Origin: Meiothermus sp.
GTDB taxonomy: Bacteria > Deinococcota > Deinococci > Deinococcales > Thermaceae
Assembly (NCBI GenBank): GCA_033762915.1
Contig: JANRLD010000093.1
Coordinates: 1 to 55,989 of the forward strand
Direction of reading: 5' to 3'
Length of the DNA: 55,989 bases
In this document: positions 9,110 to 18,268 of the stretch, one piece after another
Position numbering within the stretch: position 1 is the stretch's first letter
Layout of the letters: each line of letters starts with the position of its first letter
The notes under the pieces: generated by a model
What the model saw: only the letters and a program-made list of their open reading frames with translations
Told to the model about the DNA's origin: nothing
The model's database searches: none
Made by a program: the position numbers and the translations under genes

Positions 9110-10480
9110 TTGAAGCTTCTATACGCTGTCCTGAGCTTGGTGGCTCTGTCCCCAGCGGCGCTGGCCCAGGCCGGCCCAGCACTATCCCTCGAGAGCGCCC
9201 TCTCGGCCCTACCCAACAGCCCCGACTGGCAGGCCGCAGAGATGAGCTTCCAGACCGCCCAGCGCCAACTCGAGGCGGCCCAGGCGGCCACCGGCCTCAG
9301 CCTCAGCGCGACCACCAGCTTCAACAGCTCCAGCCCTTCCGCCGGCAGCGGCAGCAGCAGCCTGAGCGTGGGGGCCAGCGCTTCCATCGGGGTGCTGCCC
9401 TGGAGCGCCGCCGCTGCCAGCGTGCGCGGGGCGGGCCGGGCCGTGGAGCGCGCCGCCCTGACCCGCCGCGACAGCCGCAACGCGGCCTACATCGCCCTGA
9501 TCGGCCAGTACTTCGCCCTGCGCCAGGCCGCGCAAAACGACGCCCTGGCCCGCGCCAGCCAGGCCCTGCGGCAGAACCAGCTTAGGGTGGCCCAGGCCCA
9601 GAACCAGGCGGGCACCGCGACCCTCGAGCAAGTCCTGATCGCCCAGCAGAACCTCGACCAGGCCGGCAGCACTGCCGTGGGTGCGGCGGGAACACTGGCG
9701 CTGGCGCGGCTGGCCCTGGCCAACACGCTGGGCCAGAGCCCGCAAAGCCTGGGCCAGCCCGAGACGGCCCCCGCCGAGCCCGCCCTGCCCGCCGAGCCCG
9801 TAGAGGCCTTGGTTCAACGCGCCCTGTCCGGCCGCTCCGACGTGCTGCGGGCGCAGTCGCAGCTCGAGGACGCCCAGGACGGCCTGAGCGCGGCCCAGCT
9901 CAGCCGCTGGCTGCCACCCTCCACCCTCAGCTTGGGATACGGCGAGCGCATCAGCGGGGCGGGCGGCAGCACCCAGGGCTATCAGGTCTCGGCGGGTCTG
10001 GACTTCAGGTCGGGCAACGCCAGCCTGAGCACGTCCGTGCCGCTGATCCAGAACCCTGCCCCCGGCGGCACCGCCGCCCAGGTGGTCAGCCTGGGCCTGT
10101 CGCTGAGCCTGCCGATCCTGGCCCCCGGCGCTGAGGCTCAGGTGAACAGCAGCCAGACCGCCCTCCTGGTGGCCCAGGCCGCCCTACAGACCGCCCGCCG
10201 TGCCGCCGAGCTGGACGTTCGGCAGAGGTATCAGGGTCTGATCACTGCCAAAGCCGCCCTCACCGCCGCCAAGGCCGCCCTCGAGGCCGCCAGCCAGGCC
10301 CTGCGCACCGCCCAGGCCAGGCTCCAGGCGGGCACCGGCACCAACCTGGATGTGCAGAGCGCCGCTGTGAGCCAGCAGCAGGCCCAGCTCAACCTCGAGA
10401 CCGCCACCGCCAACGCCCAAATCGCCGCCCTCAACCTGCAGAACGCCTTAGGTCAGAGCCTTATCGGAGGAAATCAGTGA
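9110..10480 (+). CDS. TolC-family outer membrane efflux protein 1
   Basis: GGAGG then TTG start; signal peptide; two helical OEP repeats (…QAGTATLEQV, …QAGTGTNLDV). Confidence 0.85.
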   Translation: MKLLYAVLSLVALSPAALAQAGPALSLESALSALPNSPDWQAAEMSFQTAQRQLEAAQAATGLSLSATTSFNSSSPSAGSGSSSLSVGASASIGVLPWSAAAASVRGAGRAVERAALTRRDSRNAAYIALIGQYFALRQAAQNDALARASQALRQNQLRVAQAQNQAGTATLEQVLIAQQNLDQAGSTAVGAAGTLALARLALANTLGQSPQSLGQPETAPAEPALPAEPVEALVQRALSGRSDVLRAQSQLEDAQDGLSAAQLSRWLPPSTLSLGYGERISGAGGSTQGYQVSAGLDFRSGNASLSTSVPLIQNPAPGGTAAQVVSLGLSLSLPILAPGAEAQVNSSQTALLVAQAALQTARRAAELDVRQRYQGLITAKAALTAAKAALEAASQALRTAQARLQAGTGTNLDVQSAAVSQQQAQLNLETATANAQIAALNLQNALGQSLIGGNQ

Positions 10481-11664
10481 TGACGTCGAATCGTGTGATC
10501 CAGGGAACAGCGAACCGCGAACGGGGGGCCGGGACAGGGGAGGCTCGAGAACGGGAACAGGGTCAAACGGTGAAACGCCGAGGCGGGTGGGCCAATTCTT
10601 TGCGCTCTTTGCCGTCTCCGCTGCCGGCCTTCCTCACCCTCCTTGCCCTCTTGACCGTTCAACCTTTCGGCCTCAGCCTTGCGCAATCGCTGACGCTTCC
10701 CGCCGCCGTGAACACCGCCCTCGAGCGCGGGGCCGACTTGAGCAGCCAGCGGGCCACGCTGGCCAATGCGCGGGCCGATCTGGCGGCCAAGCAGGCCGAC
10801 CCCTCGGTGCTGATTGTCGCCCTCACCCAGTCGCGCCAGGGCGCGGCCCTCGAGGAGGCCCGCACCAGCCAGAGGCGGCTGGAGGTAACCCAGTCGGTGC
10901 TGACGGCCTACTCCAACCTCTACGAGGCCCAGCAGAACATCGCGGTGCTCGAGGCCCAGGTGGCCCTGGATGTCCGCAACCTGGAGGTGGCTAGGGCACG
11001 CCTGAGCGCCCGCAACGCCACCCAGCTCGACGTAGACCGGGCCAACAACACCCTCTCCAGCAGCCGCCAGAGCCTCGCGGATGCGCGGGCCCAGCTTCCC
11101 ATCCTCTCCAACCGCCTCGAGACCCTGCTGGCCAGCAACAGCAGCGGTAACCTCCAGGTTGCCGCCACGCCCGCCTTTGCCCAGCGGCAGGTTAATCAAA
11201 CAACACTAGAGCAAGGCCTCGAGGCCCGCCTGCCCAACCTGCTCCAGGCCGCCCAGGCCGTCGAGCTGGCCGAACTCAACGTGCGCCTGGCCGACAACGA
11301 CTACACCCCGCCCGTCACTCTGCGCGACGCCCGAACCAACCTCGAGAACGCCCGGCGCAACCTCGAGACGGCCCGCCAAAACGCCCTGACCAGCCTGCGC
11401 GACAGCGTTCGTGCGGTGCAGAACGCCCTCGAGCGCGTCCGCATCGCCCAGCAGGACGCCGCCAACGACCAGACCACCCTCAAGCAGGATCAGACCCGCT
11501 TTCAGAGCGGGACCATCTCGAGGCTGCAACTTCAACAGTCCGAGGTCGCGGTGGTGCGCTCGAGCTACACCGCGCTGCAGGCGGTCAACAACTACTGGAA
11601 AGCCCTGGCGGCGCTCTCGGTGGCGGCGGGGCAGGACGTGCTGGGGCTGGGGGGCGGGCAGTGA
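10477..11664 (+). CDS. TolC-family outer membrane efflux protein 2
   Basis: Coupled to the upstream stop; OEP repeats (ARLSARNATQLDV, RFQSGTISRLQL); long charged N-terminal extension before the hydrophobic segment. Confidence 0.8.
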   Translation: MMTSNRVIQGTANRERGAGTGEAREREQGQTVKRRGGWANSLRSLPSPLPAFLTLLALLTVQPFGLSLAQSLTLPAAVNTALERGADLSSQRATLANARADLAAKQADPSVLIVALTQSRQGAALEEARTSQRRLEVTQSVLTAYSNLYEAQQNIAVLEAQVALDVRNLEVARARLSARNATQLDVDRANNTLSSSRQSLADARAQLPILSNRLETLLASNSSGNLQVAATPAFAQRQVNQTTLEQGLEARLPNLLQAAQAVELAELNVRLADNDYTPPVTLRDARTNLENARRNLETARQNALTSLRDSVRAVQNALERVRIAQQDAANDQTTLKQDQTRFQSGTISRLQLQQSEVAVVRSSYTALQAVNNYWKALAALSVAAGQDVLGLGGGQ

Positions 11665-11980
11665 GTCGGCGGTCAGCGGGCGGGCGGGGGGCCGAAGAGA
11701 TCAGGGGCGAGGAAAGCGGAGGCAGCCCCTCGTGCCTGGCTTTTCTCCAGACGCCACAGGACGGCGGCAGAGCACCCCGAACCCGCCGAAACCCTGAAAC
11801 GCAAGCCTCGAGGGCTCCCGTATGTGCACGTGCGGGGTCGGGGGTTGGGGAGGTATCGGAGGGGCGAAGCGGAGTGAAGGGCGCTTGCAGGGGGCAGAAG
11901 GGGCGTGCAACGCCCTTCCCCCTGCCCGCTCTCACGGCACTTCCGCGCCTCCCGGCGCGCCCAGACCAGGAGGTACGAAC

Positions 11981-13315
11981 ATGACCACCACGAGTAGAAC
12001 CCGCAGGCGCATCCCGTGGGGCTGGATTCTGGCTGTTCTGCTGGTGATCGGGGCGGCGGGGGCGTTCTTCTACGTGCGGCAGAACCGGGCGGCGCAGGCC
12101 CAGGCGCAGCAGGCCGCGACGGTGGAGACGGCGACGGCGGCCAGGGGCGACTTCCGGGTTTCGGTGACGGGGCCGGGAACCTTGGAGGCGGGGCAGACCT
12201 TGGACGTTAAGCCGCAGGTGGGGGGAACCGTCCTCAGTCTGCCCAAGGTGGGGGATCGGGTCACGCGGGGGCAACTGCTGGTGCAGCTCGAGCGCAGCAC
12301 CTACCAGCGCAACCTGGACAACGCCCGGATCGCCCTCGAGAAGGCCCAGGCCCAGCTCGAGAGCAGTCGCTCCAGCCAGACCAGCGGCATCGCCAGCCAG
12401 GAGCAGTCGGTGGTGAACGCGCAAGCCGGCCTCGAGAGCGCCCAGAACAACTTCGAGAGCGCGCGCACCGCCCTGGAGTCCACCCGCCGCATCTTCGCCG
12501 TCGGCGGGGCCAGCCAGCAGCAGCTGAGCGACGCACAGCGCAGCTTTGAGCAGGCCCAGGGCAACCTGCAAAGCGCTCGAGTCGCCCTTAGCACGGCCCG
12601 CCAGTCGCTCAGCCTGCGCCAGACCAGCAACACCCAAGACCTGCGCAATCAACAGCTCGCGGTGGAGCAGGCCCAGCTCACCCTCAAGAACGCCCAGCAA
12701 GACCTGGCCAACACCAAGGTCTTCGCGCCGTTCAACGGAGTAGTGGCGGCGGTGCCGGCGCAGGTGGGAGGCTCGGCCTCGAGCGGCCAGGCCCTGCTGA
12801 CCCTGATCGACGATGGCGTGGTGAACCTGCCAATCCAGGTGGACGAGACCGAGATCGGCAAGGTGCAGGTGGGGCAGCGGGCCGAGGTGACGCTAGACGC
12901 TCTCGAGGGCCAGCGCTTCGAGGGCCGCGTGACCCGCATCTCGCCCAGCGCCACCATCCAGCAGAACATCGCGGTCTTTTATGCCACCGTGGCCATCCAG
13001 AACCCCGAGCGCAAGCTCAAGACGGGCATGAGCGCCGAGGGCGAGATCATCGCGCAGGAGATTCGGGGGGCGATCACGGTGCCGCTGCGGGCGGTGGAGC
13101 GGGTGCGGACGCGGGCCTACGTGCAGGTCGAGGGCGAAGCCGAGCGCCGCCGGGTGCGGGTCGGCCCCGACGACGGGGTCAATATCGTGGTGACCAGTGG
13201 TCTCGAGCCCGGCGAGGAGGTCGTCCTCCCGGCCCGCGCCGTTCAGAGCCAGAGCAGCCAGCAGCGCCAGGGCCAGGGCGGCCTTGGGATACCGCTGGGC
13301 GTCCCGAGGCGGTGA
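11981..13315 (+). CDS. Efflux periplasmic adaptor subunit (MacA/HlyD family)
   Basis: AGGAGG RBS; N-terminal TM; VGDRVTRGQLL; APFNGVV; VDETEIGKV; LKTGMSA. Confidence 0.9.
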   Translation: MTTTSRTRRRIPWGWILAVLLVIGAAGAFFYVRQNRAAQAQAQQAATVETATAARGDFRVSVTGPGTLEAGQTLDVKPQVGGTVLSLPKVGDRVTRGQLLVQLERSTYQRNLDNARIALEKAQAQLESSRSSQTSGIASQEQSVVNAQAGLESAQNNFESARTALESTRRIFAVGGASQQQLSDAQRSFEQAQGNLQSARVALSTARQSLSLRQTSNTQDLRNQQLAVEQAQLTLKNAQQDLANTKVFAPFNGVVAAVPAQVGGSASSGQALLTLIDDGVVNLPIQVDETEIGKVQVGQRAEVTLDALEGQRFEGRVTRISPSATIQQNIAVFYATVAIQNPERKLKTGMSAEGEIIAQEIRGAITVPLRAVERVRTRAYVQVEGEAERRRVRVGPDDGVNIVVTSGLEPGEEVVLPARAVQSQSSQQRQGQGGLGIPLGVPRR

Positions 13316-13318
13316 GCC

Positions 13319-14044
13319 ATGAGCGGCGTGGTCAGCCTCGAGAACATCCGCAAGGTCTACAAGATGGGGGAGCTCGAGTTCGAGGCCCTCAAGGGGGTTA
13401 GCCTGGAGATCGCCAAGGGCGACATGGTGGCGCTGATGGGGCCTTCGGGCTCGGGCAAGACCACCCTGATGCAGATCATCGGGCTGCTGGACCGGCCCAC
13501 CGACGGGCGCTACGTGCTGGCCGGGCAGGATGTGACCACCCTGACCGAGAACGAGCGCGCCGAGGCCCGTAACCGGGAGATCGGCTTCGTGTTTCAGGCC
13601 TTCCATCTGCTCTCGAGGATGAGCGTGCTCGAGAACGTCGAGGTGCCCCTGACCTATGCGGGCGTGCCGGCCGCCGAGAAGCGCGAACGGGCCATGCAGG
13701 CCCTGGGGCACGTAGGGCTGGGCGACAAGTGGCGCAATCTGCCCTCGCAGCTCTCCGGCGGGCAGAAGCAGCGGGTGGCGGTGGCCAGGGCGCTCACCAT
13801 GCGCCCCTCGATCCTGCTGGCCGACGAGCCCACCGGCAACCTCGACTCCAAGACGGCGGCGGACGTGATGAACCTCTTCCAGGAACTCAACGACGAGGGC
13901 ACCACGGTCATCATCGTCACCCACGAGGCCGACATCGCCGAGTACACCGGTCGTATCGTCCGCATCCGCGACGGCCTGATCGAGTCCGACGGCCCCAACC
14001 TGCACCGCAGGCAGCCCGGCGTGACCTATGGGGGGGCGCGATGA
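13319..14044 (+). CDS. ABC transporter ATP-binding protein (MacB/LolD-like)
   Basis: Walker A GPSGSGKT; LSGGQKQR; ILLADEPTGNLD. Confidence 0.95.
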   Translation: MSGVVSLENIRKVYKMGELEFEALKGVSLEIAKGDMVALMGPSGSGKTTLMQIIGLLDRPTDGRYVLAGQDVTTLTENERAEARNREIGFVFQAFHLLSRMSVLENVEVPLTYAGVPAAEKRERAMQALGHVGLGDKWRNLPSQLSGGQKQRVAVARALTMRPSILLADEPTGNLDSKTAADVMNLFQELNDEGTTVIIVTHEADIAEYTGRIVRIRDGLIESDGPNLHRRQPGVTYGGAR

Positions 14045-14140
14045 GGGTCAAACGTGAAGGCGAGCAAACGGGAAGAGGCAAAGATGGAGGCGGGGCTTCT
14101 CCCTCCACTTTTCCCTTACCTGCTATCCGGAGGTGCAGCG

Positions 14141-15439
14141 ATGACGCCCGCTAAGGAGTTGCCCGCGGTCAAGCCCAAGGGGCGCTCGGGGTTTGCGGGG
14201 ATGAACCCGCTCCAGGTGTTTTCGATTGCCTGGCGGGCCATCATTGGCAACCCGCTGCGCTCGATCCTGACCGTGCTGGGGGTGATCATTGGGGTGGCAG
14301 CGGTGGTGGCCTTGACGATGGTGGGGCAGGGCTCTACCGCCAACATCACCCGCTCGCTGCAAAGCCTGGGTACGAACCTGCTGACGGTCTCGAGCAGCCG
14401 CTTCGGGGGCGGCCCCGGCGGGGGGCTGGTGCGGGCGGGCGGGGCCCAGACCATCACCCTTAAAGACGCCGAGGCCATCCAGCAGCAGTTCGCCAGCCAG
14501 ATCGGCGGGGTGGCCCCGGTCGCGCAGGGCAACCGCCAGATCAAGGCCGGGGCCAACAACACCAACGCCACCGTCATCGGCTCCTGGCCCGACTACGCCA
14601 TCGTCCGCAACGCCGCGCCGGAGCGAGGCAGCTTCTTCACCGCCGCCGACAACCAGGGCCGTAAGCGGGTCGCGGTGATCGGCTACCAGATCGCCCAAGA
14701 CCTCTTCGAGGGGGCCGACCCGCTGGGCCAGCGCATCAAGATCGCGGGCATCTCCTTCACCGTGGCGGGGGTGCTGCCCGACAAAGGCGACGCCGGTTTC
14801 GCCAACCCCAACTCCCAGATCATCATCCCGCTCAACACCTACCTCCAGCGCCTCAGCCGCGACAGCCGGGGCGGCGAGCCTACGGTGAGCCAGGTCTACG
14901 TGCAGGGCCTGGACAAGAACAACCTCAAGAACCTGCAAAACTCCATCACCGACCTGCTGGCGGTGCGCCACAAGAAGACCGATCCCGAGGAGTACGACTT
15001 CAGCGTGCAAAACCAGGCCGACGCGCTGGCCTCGGTTAACCAGGTCACCCAGACCCTCACGCTCTTCCTGGGCGGCGTGGCGGGCATCAGCCTGCTGGTA
15101 GGGGGCATCGGGATCATGAACATCATGCTGGTGAGCGTGACCGAGCGCACCAGGGAGATCGGTATCCGCAAGGCACTGGGCGCGAAACCCAGGGACATCC
15201 TGACCCAGTTCCTGGTGGAGTCGGTGGTGCTCTCGGTGGGGGGCGGCATCCTGGGCATCCTGACCGGCCTGGCCCTCGCCAACAGCGTGGGCAACCTGCT
15301 GCGCATCACCCCTATCTTTGCCCCCGACAGCATGGTGCTGGCCTTCGTGTTCTCGGTGGTGGTGGGGATCTTCTTCGGCTTCTACCCCGCGCTGCGCGCT
15401 GCCCGGCTCGACCCGGTGGAGTCGCTGAGGTATGAGTAG
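14141..15439 (+). CDS. ABC transporter permease (MacB-PCD/FtsX family)
   Basis: GGAGG before ATG; LRSILTVLGVIIGVAAVV; GGIGIMNIMLVSVTERTREIGIRKALGA; LDPVESLRYE. Confidence 0.93.
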   Translation: MTPAKELPAVKPKGRSGFAGMNPLQVFSIAWRAIIGNPLRSILTVLGVIIGVAAVVALTMVGQGSTANITRSLQSLGTNLLTVSSSRFGGGPGGGLVRAGGAQTITLKDAEAIQQQFASQIGGVAPVAQGNRQIKAGANNTNATVIGSWPDYAIVRNAAPERGSFFTAADNQGRKRVAVIGYQIAQDLFEGADPLGQRIKIAGISFTVAGVLPDKGDAGFANPNSQIIIPLNTYLQRLSRDSRGGEPTVSQVYVQGLDKNNLKNLQNSITDLLAVRHKKTDPEEYDFSVQNQADALASVNQVTQTLTLFLGGVAGISLLVGGIGIMNIMLVSVTERTREIGIRKALGAKPRDILTQFLVESVVLSVGGGILGILTGLALANSVGNLLRITPIFAPDSMVLAFVFSVVVGIFFGFYPALRAARLDPVESLRYE

Positions 15440-15557
15440 CCATGGGTGCCGATGGCGCTTAAGCCACATCCAGCTGCGGCTCAGGGCCCGTCGCCCCCTT
15501 TACCGTTTCTTCACGCGCTCGACCCAAACTGGTGGGACTTTTATCAAGGAGAGACCG

Positions 15558-16184
15558 ATGCGAAAACTGTTGATGTTGGCGATGTTGGCTCTGGTGGCGA
15601 TGGGCGGCGTGCTGGCCCAGGGGGGTCAGGGGCAGGGTGGCTTCCCCGGCATGACCGACGAGATGCGCAAGAAACTCCAAGCCTACCAGCCGGTGTTCGA
15701 CCTGACCCGCACCGTGGGGATTTTTGATGAGCTGGACAAGCAGAAGGGGCTGAACTTCACCAAGGCCCAGGCCCAAAAGCTGCTGCCGGTGCTGCGCGAT
15801 TTGCTCAACCGGGCCGACCTCAAGCCCGCCGACGCGCAGAAAATCCTGACCAACCTCGAGGACAACATCCTCACCGACGCTCAGCTCACCTGGATTGACA
15901 AGACCCAGCTCGAGCGTCAGCGTCAGGCCCGCGAGCGCTTCCAGCAGGGCCAGGGCGGTCAGGGCGGTCAGGGCGCTCAGGGTCAGGGACAGGCGGGCCA
16001 GGGTCGGCCCCAGGGTCAGGGTGGTCCCGGTGGTCCCGGTGGCCCTGGCGGTGCTGGGGGCCCTGGCGGGCGCGGCGGCCTCATCCAGGCCATCATGCAG
16101 AACAAGCCCTTTAACCCCTTCAAGGAGCAGCAGCGGACCAAAGAACAACTCACCGCCTTCGTGGCGGTGTTGCAGAAGCGGTAG
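15558..16184 (+). CDS. Secreted helical hypothetical protein with Gly/Gln/Pro-rich linker (last gene of the export operon)
   Basis: AAGGAG RBS; signal peptide; GQG/GGP repeats. Confidence 0.8.
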   Translation: MRKLLMLAMLALVAMGGVLAQGGQGQGGFPGMTDEMRKKLQAYQPVFDLTRTVGIFDELDKQKGLNFTKAQAQKLLPVLRDLLNRADLKPADAQKILTNLEDNILTDAQLTWIDKTQLERQRQARERFQQGQGGQGGQGAQGQGQAGQGRPQGQGGPGGPGGPGGAGGPGGRGGLIQAIMQNKPFNPFKEQQRTKEQLTAFVAVLQKR

Positions 16185-16193
16185 AGAACCCCC

Positions 16194-16237
16194 GAAAGCC
16201 GAGGGCCGCTGGAGTACTCCAGCGGCCCTCGGCTTTC
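16194..16237. terminator. 44-bp perfect palindrome after the export operon (terminator-like)
   Basis: GAAAGCCGAGGGCCGCTGGAGT|ACTCCAGCGGCCCTCGGCTTTC. Confidence 0.6.
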
Positions 16238-16296
16238 AATCGTTTTTCGCACAGCGGTTCCCAAGGGGATTCGCCGTCGGTGGGCAAAAGCGACTC

Positions 16297-16327
16297 GTAT
16301 ACAAATAGTTTGTACACAAAGTATAAT
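16297..16327 (+). promoter_or_regulatory. marR promoter with TATAAT -10 and overlapping palindromic operator candidate
   Basis: TACAAA-TAG-TTTGTA and TTTGTACACAAA directly upstream of TATAAT (16322-16327); GTG start 6 nt later. Confidence 0.6.
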
Positions 16328-16333
16328 CCCCTG

Positions 16334-16777
16334 GTGACCCAACCCCTCGAGGAGTGCTTTATCTTCCTGCTGTCCAAGGCCAACCAGCAGGTCCAGGCCC
16401 GCGCCAGGGAGCGCATGGTGGCACACGGCATCACCCCGACCCAATACGCGGTGCTGCGGGTGCTGTGGGAGCAGGACGGGCAGAGCGCTGCCGAGCTGGG
16501 GCAGCGTTTGGTGTTGGACGCAGCCACGATGGTGGGGATTTTAGATCGACTCGAGCAAAACAACCTGCTCGAACGCAGACCCCATCCCAAAGACCGCCGG
16601 GTGAACCGGGTGCACCTGACCAAGGTGGGGCGGGCGCTCAAGCAACCCCTCAACAAAATTGTTGAGGAGATCAATGCCGAACTCGAGGCGCACTTCGGCC
16701 GCGACCTGACTAAGCTGCGCCGGGTGCTGGCCGAGCTGGGCGGGGTCGAGCGCGAAACCGTGAGCAGTGAGCGATGA
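16334..16777 (+). CDS. MarR family transcriptional regulator (leaderless)
   Basis: GITPTQYAVL; LDRLEQNNLLERRPHPKDRRVNRVHLT winged-helix motif. Confidence 0.9.
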   Translation: MTQPLEECFIFLLSKANQQVQARARERMVAHGITPTQYAVLRVLWEQDGQSAAELGQRLVLDAATMVGILDRLEQNNLLERRPHPKDRRVNRVHLTKVGRALKQPLNKIVEEINAELEAHFGRDLTKLRRVLAELGGVERETVSSER

Positions 16778-16815
16778 GTAAATTCTCTGCGTTTCTATAA
16801 ACTCCAGGAGCCCTT

Positions 16816-18054
16816 ATGAACAAACAACCCCTCTTCTATGGCTGGATCGTAGTGATAGTTGCCGTCGTCGCCACGCTGGTGGCGGCGGGCAACCGCTCGG
16901 TTCCGGGGGCCCTGATCCAGCCCCTGCACGACGGTACCGGCTGGGCCATGCAGACCATCTCGTTGGCCACCGCCATCGGGCTAGTGCTGTTCGGGCTGGG
17001 CGCGCCCCTCAGCGGCTACCTGATGGACCGCTTCGGCCCCAAGCGCATCGCCCTGATCGGCCTGAGTCTGATGACCCTGAGCATGGCGCTGAGCGCAGTC
17101 ATGTCGCAGATCTGGCAGCTTAACCTGGTCTGGGGCGTGCTGAGCGGGGTGGCGACCGGCGTGGTGGGTGGCGTGCTGGGCGCGACGGTGGCGAACCGCT
17201 GGTTCATCCAGCACCGGGGGCTGGTGACGGGCATCTTCGGGGCGGCGACCTCGGCGGGGCAACTGATCTTCATCCCCTCGCTGGTGGCCTGGGCCACCGG
17301 GCTGGGCTGGCGCGAGGCCAGCTGGATCATGGCGGCCATATCTGCCGTGGCCCTGATACCGGTGTTTTTCTTCATGAAGGACAGCCCCCAGGAGGTCGGG
17401 CTGCGTGCGCTGGGTGCCGCCCCGGACTCCAAACCCATGAAGATCACCGCCGACGCGGGCGTAATGGGTAAAGCCCTGCGCTCCCCCACCTTCTGGCTGC
17501 TGACCGGCACCTTCTTCATCTGCGGCGCGACCTCCAACGGCCTGATCGGCGTCCACTTCATCCCCTACGCGGTAAGCTGCGGCCTCACGCAGGGCGTGGC
17601 GGCGGGCATTTTGGCCCTGATGGGCACCATGAATTTTGTGGGCACGCTGGCCTCGGGCTACCTCACCGACCGCTACGACCCCCGCGTTTTGCTCTCGATC
17701 TACTACACCTTCCGGGGTATCTCGCTGCTGTTTCTGCCCTTCGCCACCACGCCCGAGACCCTGATCTTCTTCGCCATCCTCTTCGGCCTCGACTACATCG
17801 CCACCGTGCCCCCCACCGTGGCCCTCACCGCCGACAACTTCGGCCGGCAGAACGTGGGCACCGTCTACGGCTGGATCTTCGCCGCCCACCAGCTCGGCGC
17901 GGCCTTCGCGGCCTGGGCGGGCGGGGCGGCCCGTGATGCGCTGGGCGAGTACAACCTGGCCTTTCTGGTCGCGGGCGGTATCGGGGTGATGGCGGGGATG
18001 CTCTCCTTCGGTATCCAGCGCAAGCCGAAGGTGCAGGTGGCGGCAGGGGATTGA
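16816..18054 (+). CDS. MFS transporter
   Basis: About 12 TM segments; motif A GYLMDRFGPK and GYLTDRYDPR. Confidence 0.92.
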   Translation: MNKQPLFYGWIVVIVAVVATLVAAGNRSVPGALIQPLHDGTGWAMQTISLATAIGLVLFGLGAPLSGYLMDRFGPKRIALIGLSLMTLSMALSAVMSQIWQLNLVWGVLSGVATGVVGGVLGATVANRWFIQHRGLVTGIFGAATSAGQLIFIPSLVAWATGLGWREASWIMAAISAVALIPVFFFMKDSPQEVGLRALGAAPDSKPMKITADAGVMGKALRSPTFWLLTGTFFICGATSNGLIGVHFIPYAVSCGLTQGVAAGILALMGTMNFVGTLASGYLTDRYDPRVLLSIYYTFRGISLLFLPFATTPETLIFFAILFGLDYIATVPPTVALTADNFGRQNVGTVYGWIFAAHQLGAAFAAWAGGAARDALGEYNLAFLVAGGIGVMAGMLSFGIQRKPKVQVAAGD

Positions 18055-18268
18055 AGAATTGGTTCTTGGGTTAAAGGGGTTCCCCGAGCCCCGTTGAAAG
18101 GTTTGCGAGGGTAGTTAATTTTGCTGAAAGGTGAAGTTTTGGCGCTTCACAGTGCCACCAAAGCACTGTTGGCTGAGGCGATCGAATCCAACATCGTGCG
18201 TTAAGTGCTTATCCCTCGAGGTTCAAGCAGCTTACGTTTGCTGGTTCAGCTTGCTGGAGCACACACCC

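Noticed and set aside
15940..16075. GGTCAG/GGTCCC tandem repeats as a non-coding repeat
   Set aside because: Fully explained by the Gly/Gln/Pro linker of the encoded protein.
18055..18268. Integron attC site before the AAC(3)-family gene
   Set aside because: No convincing paired R/L boxes and no integrase or cassette array.
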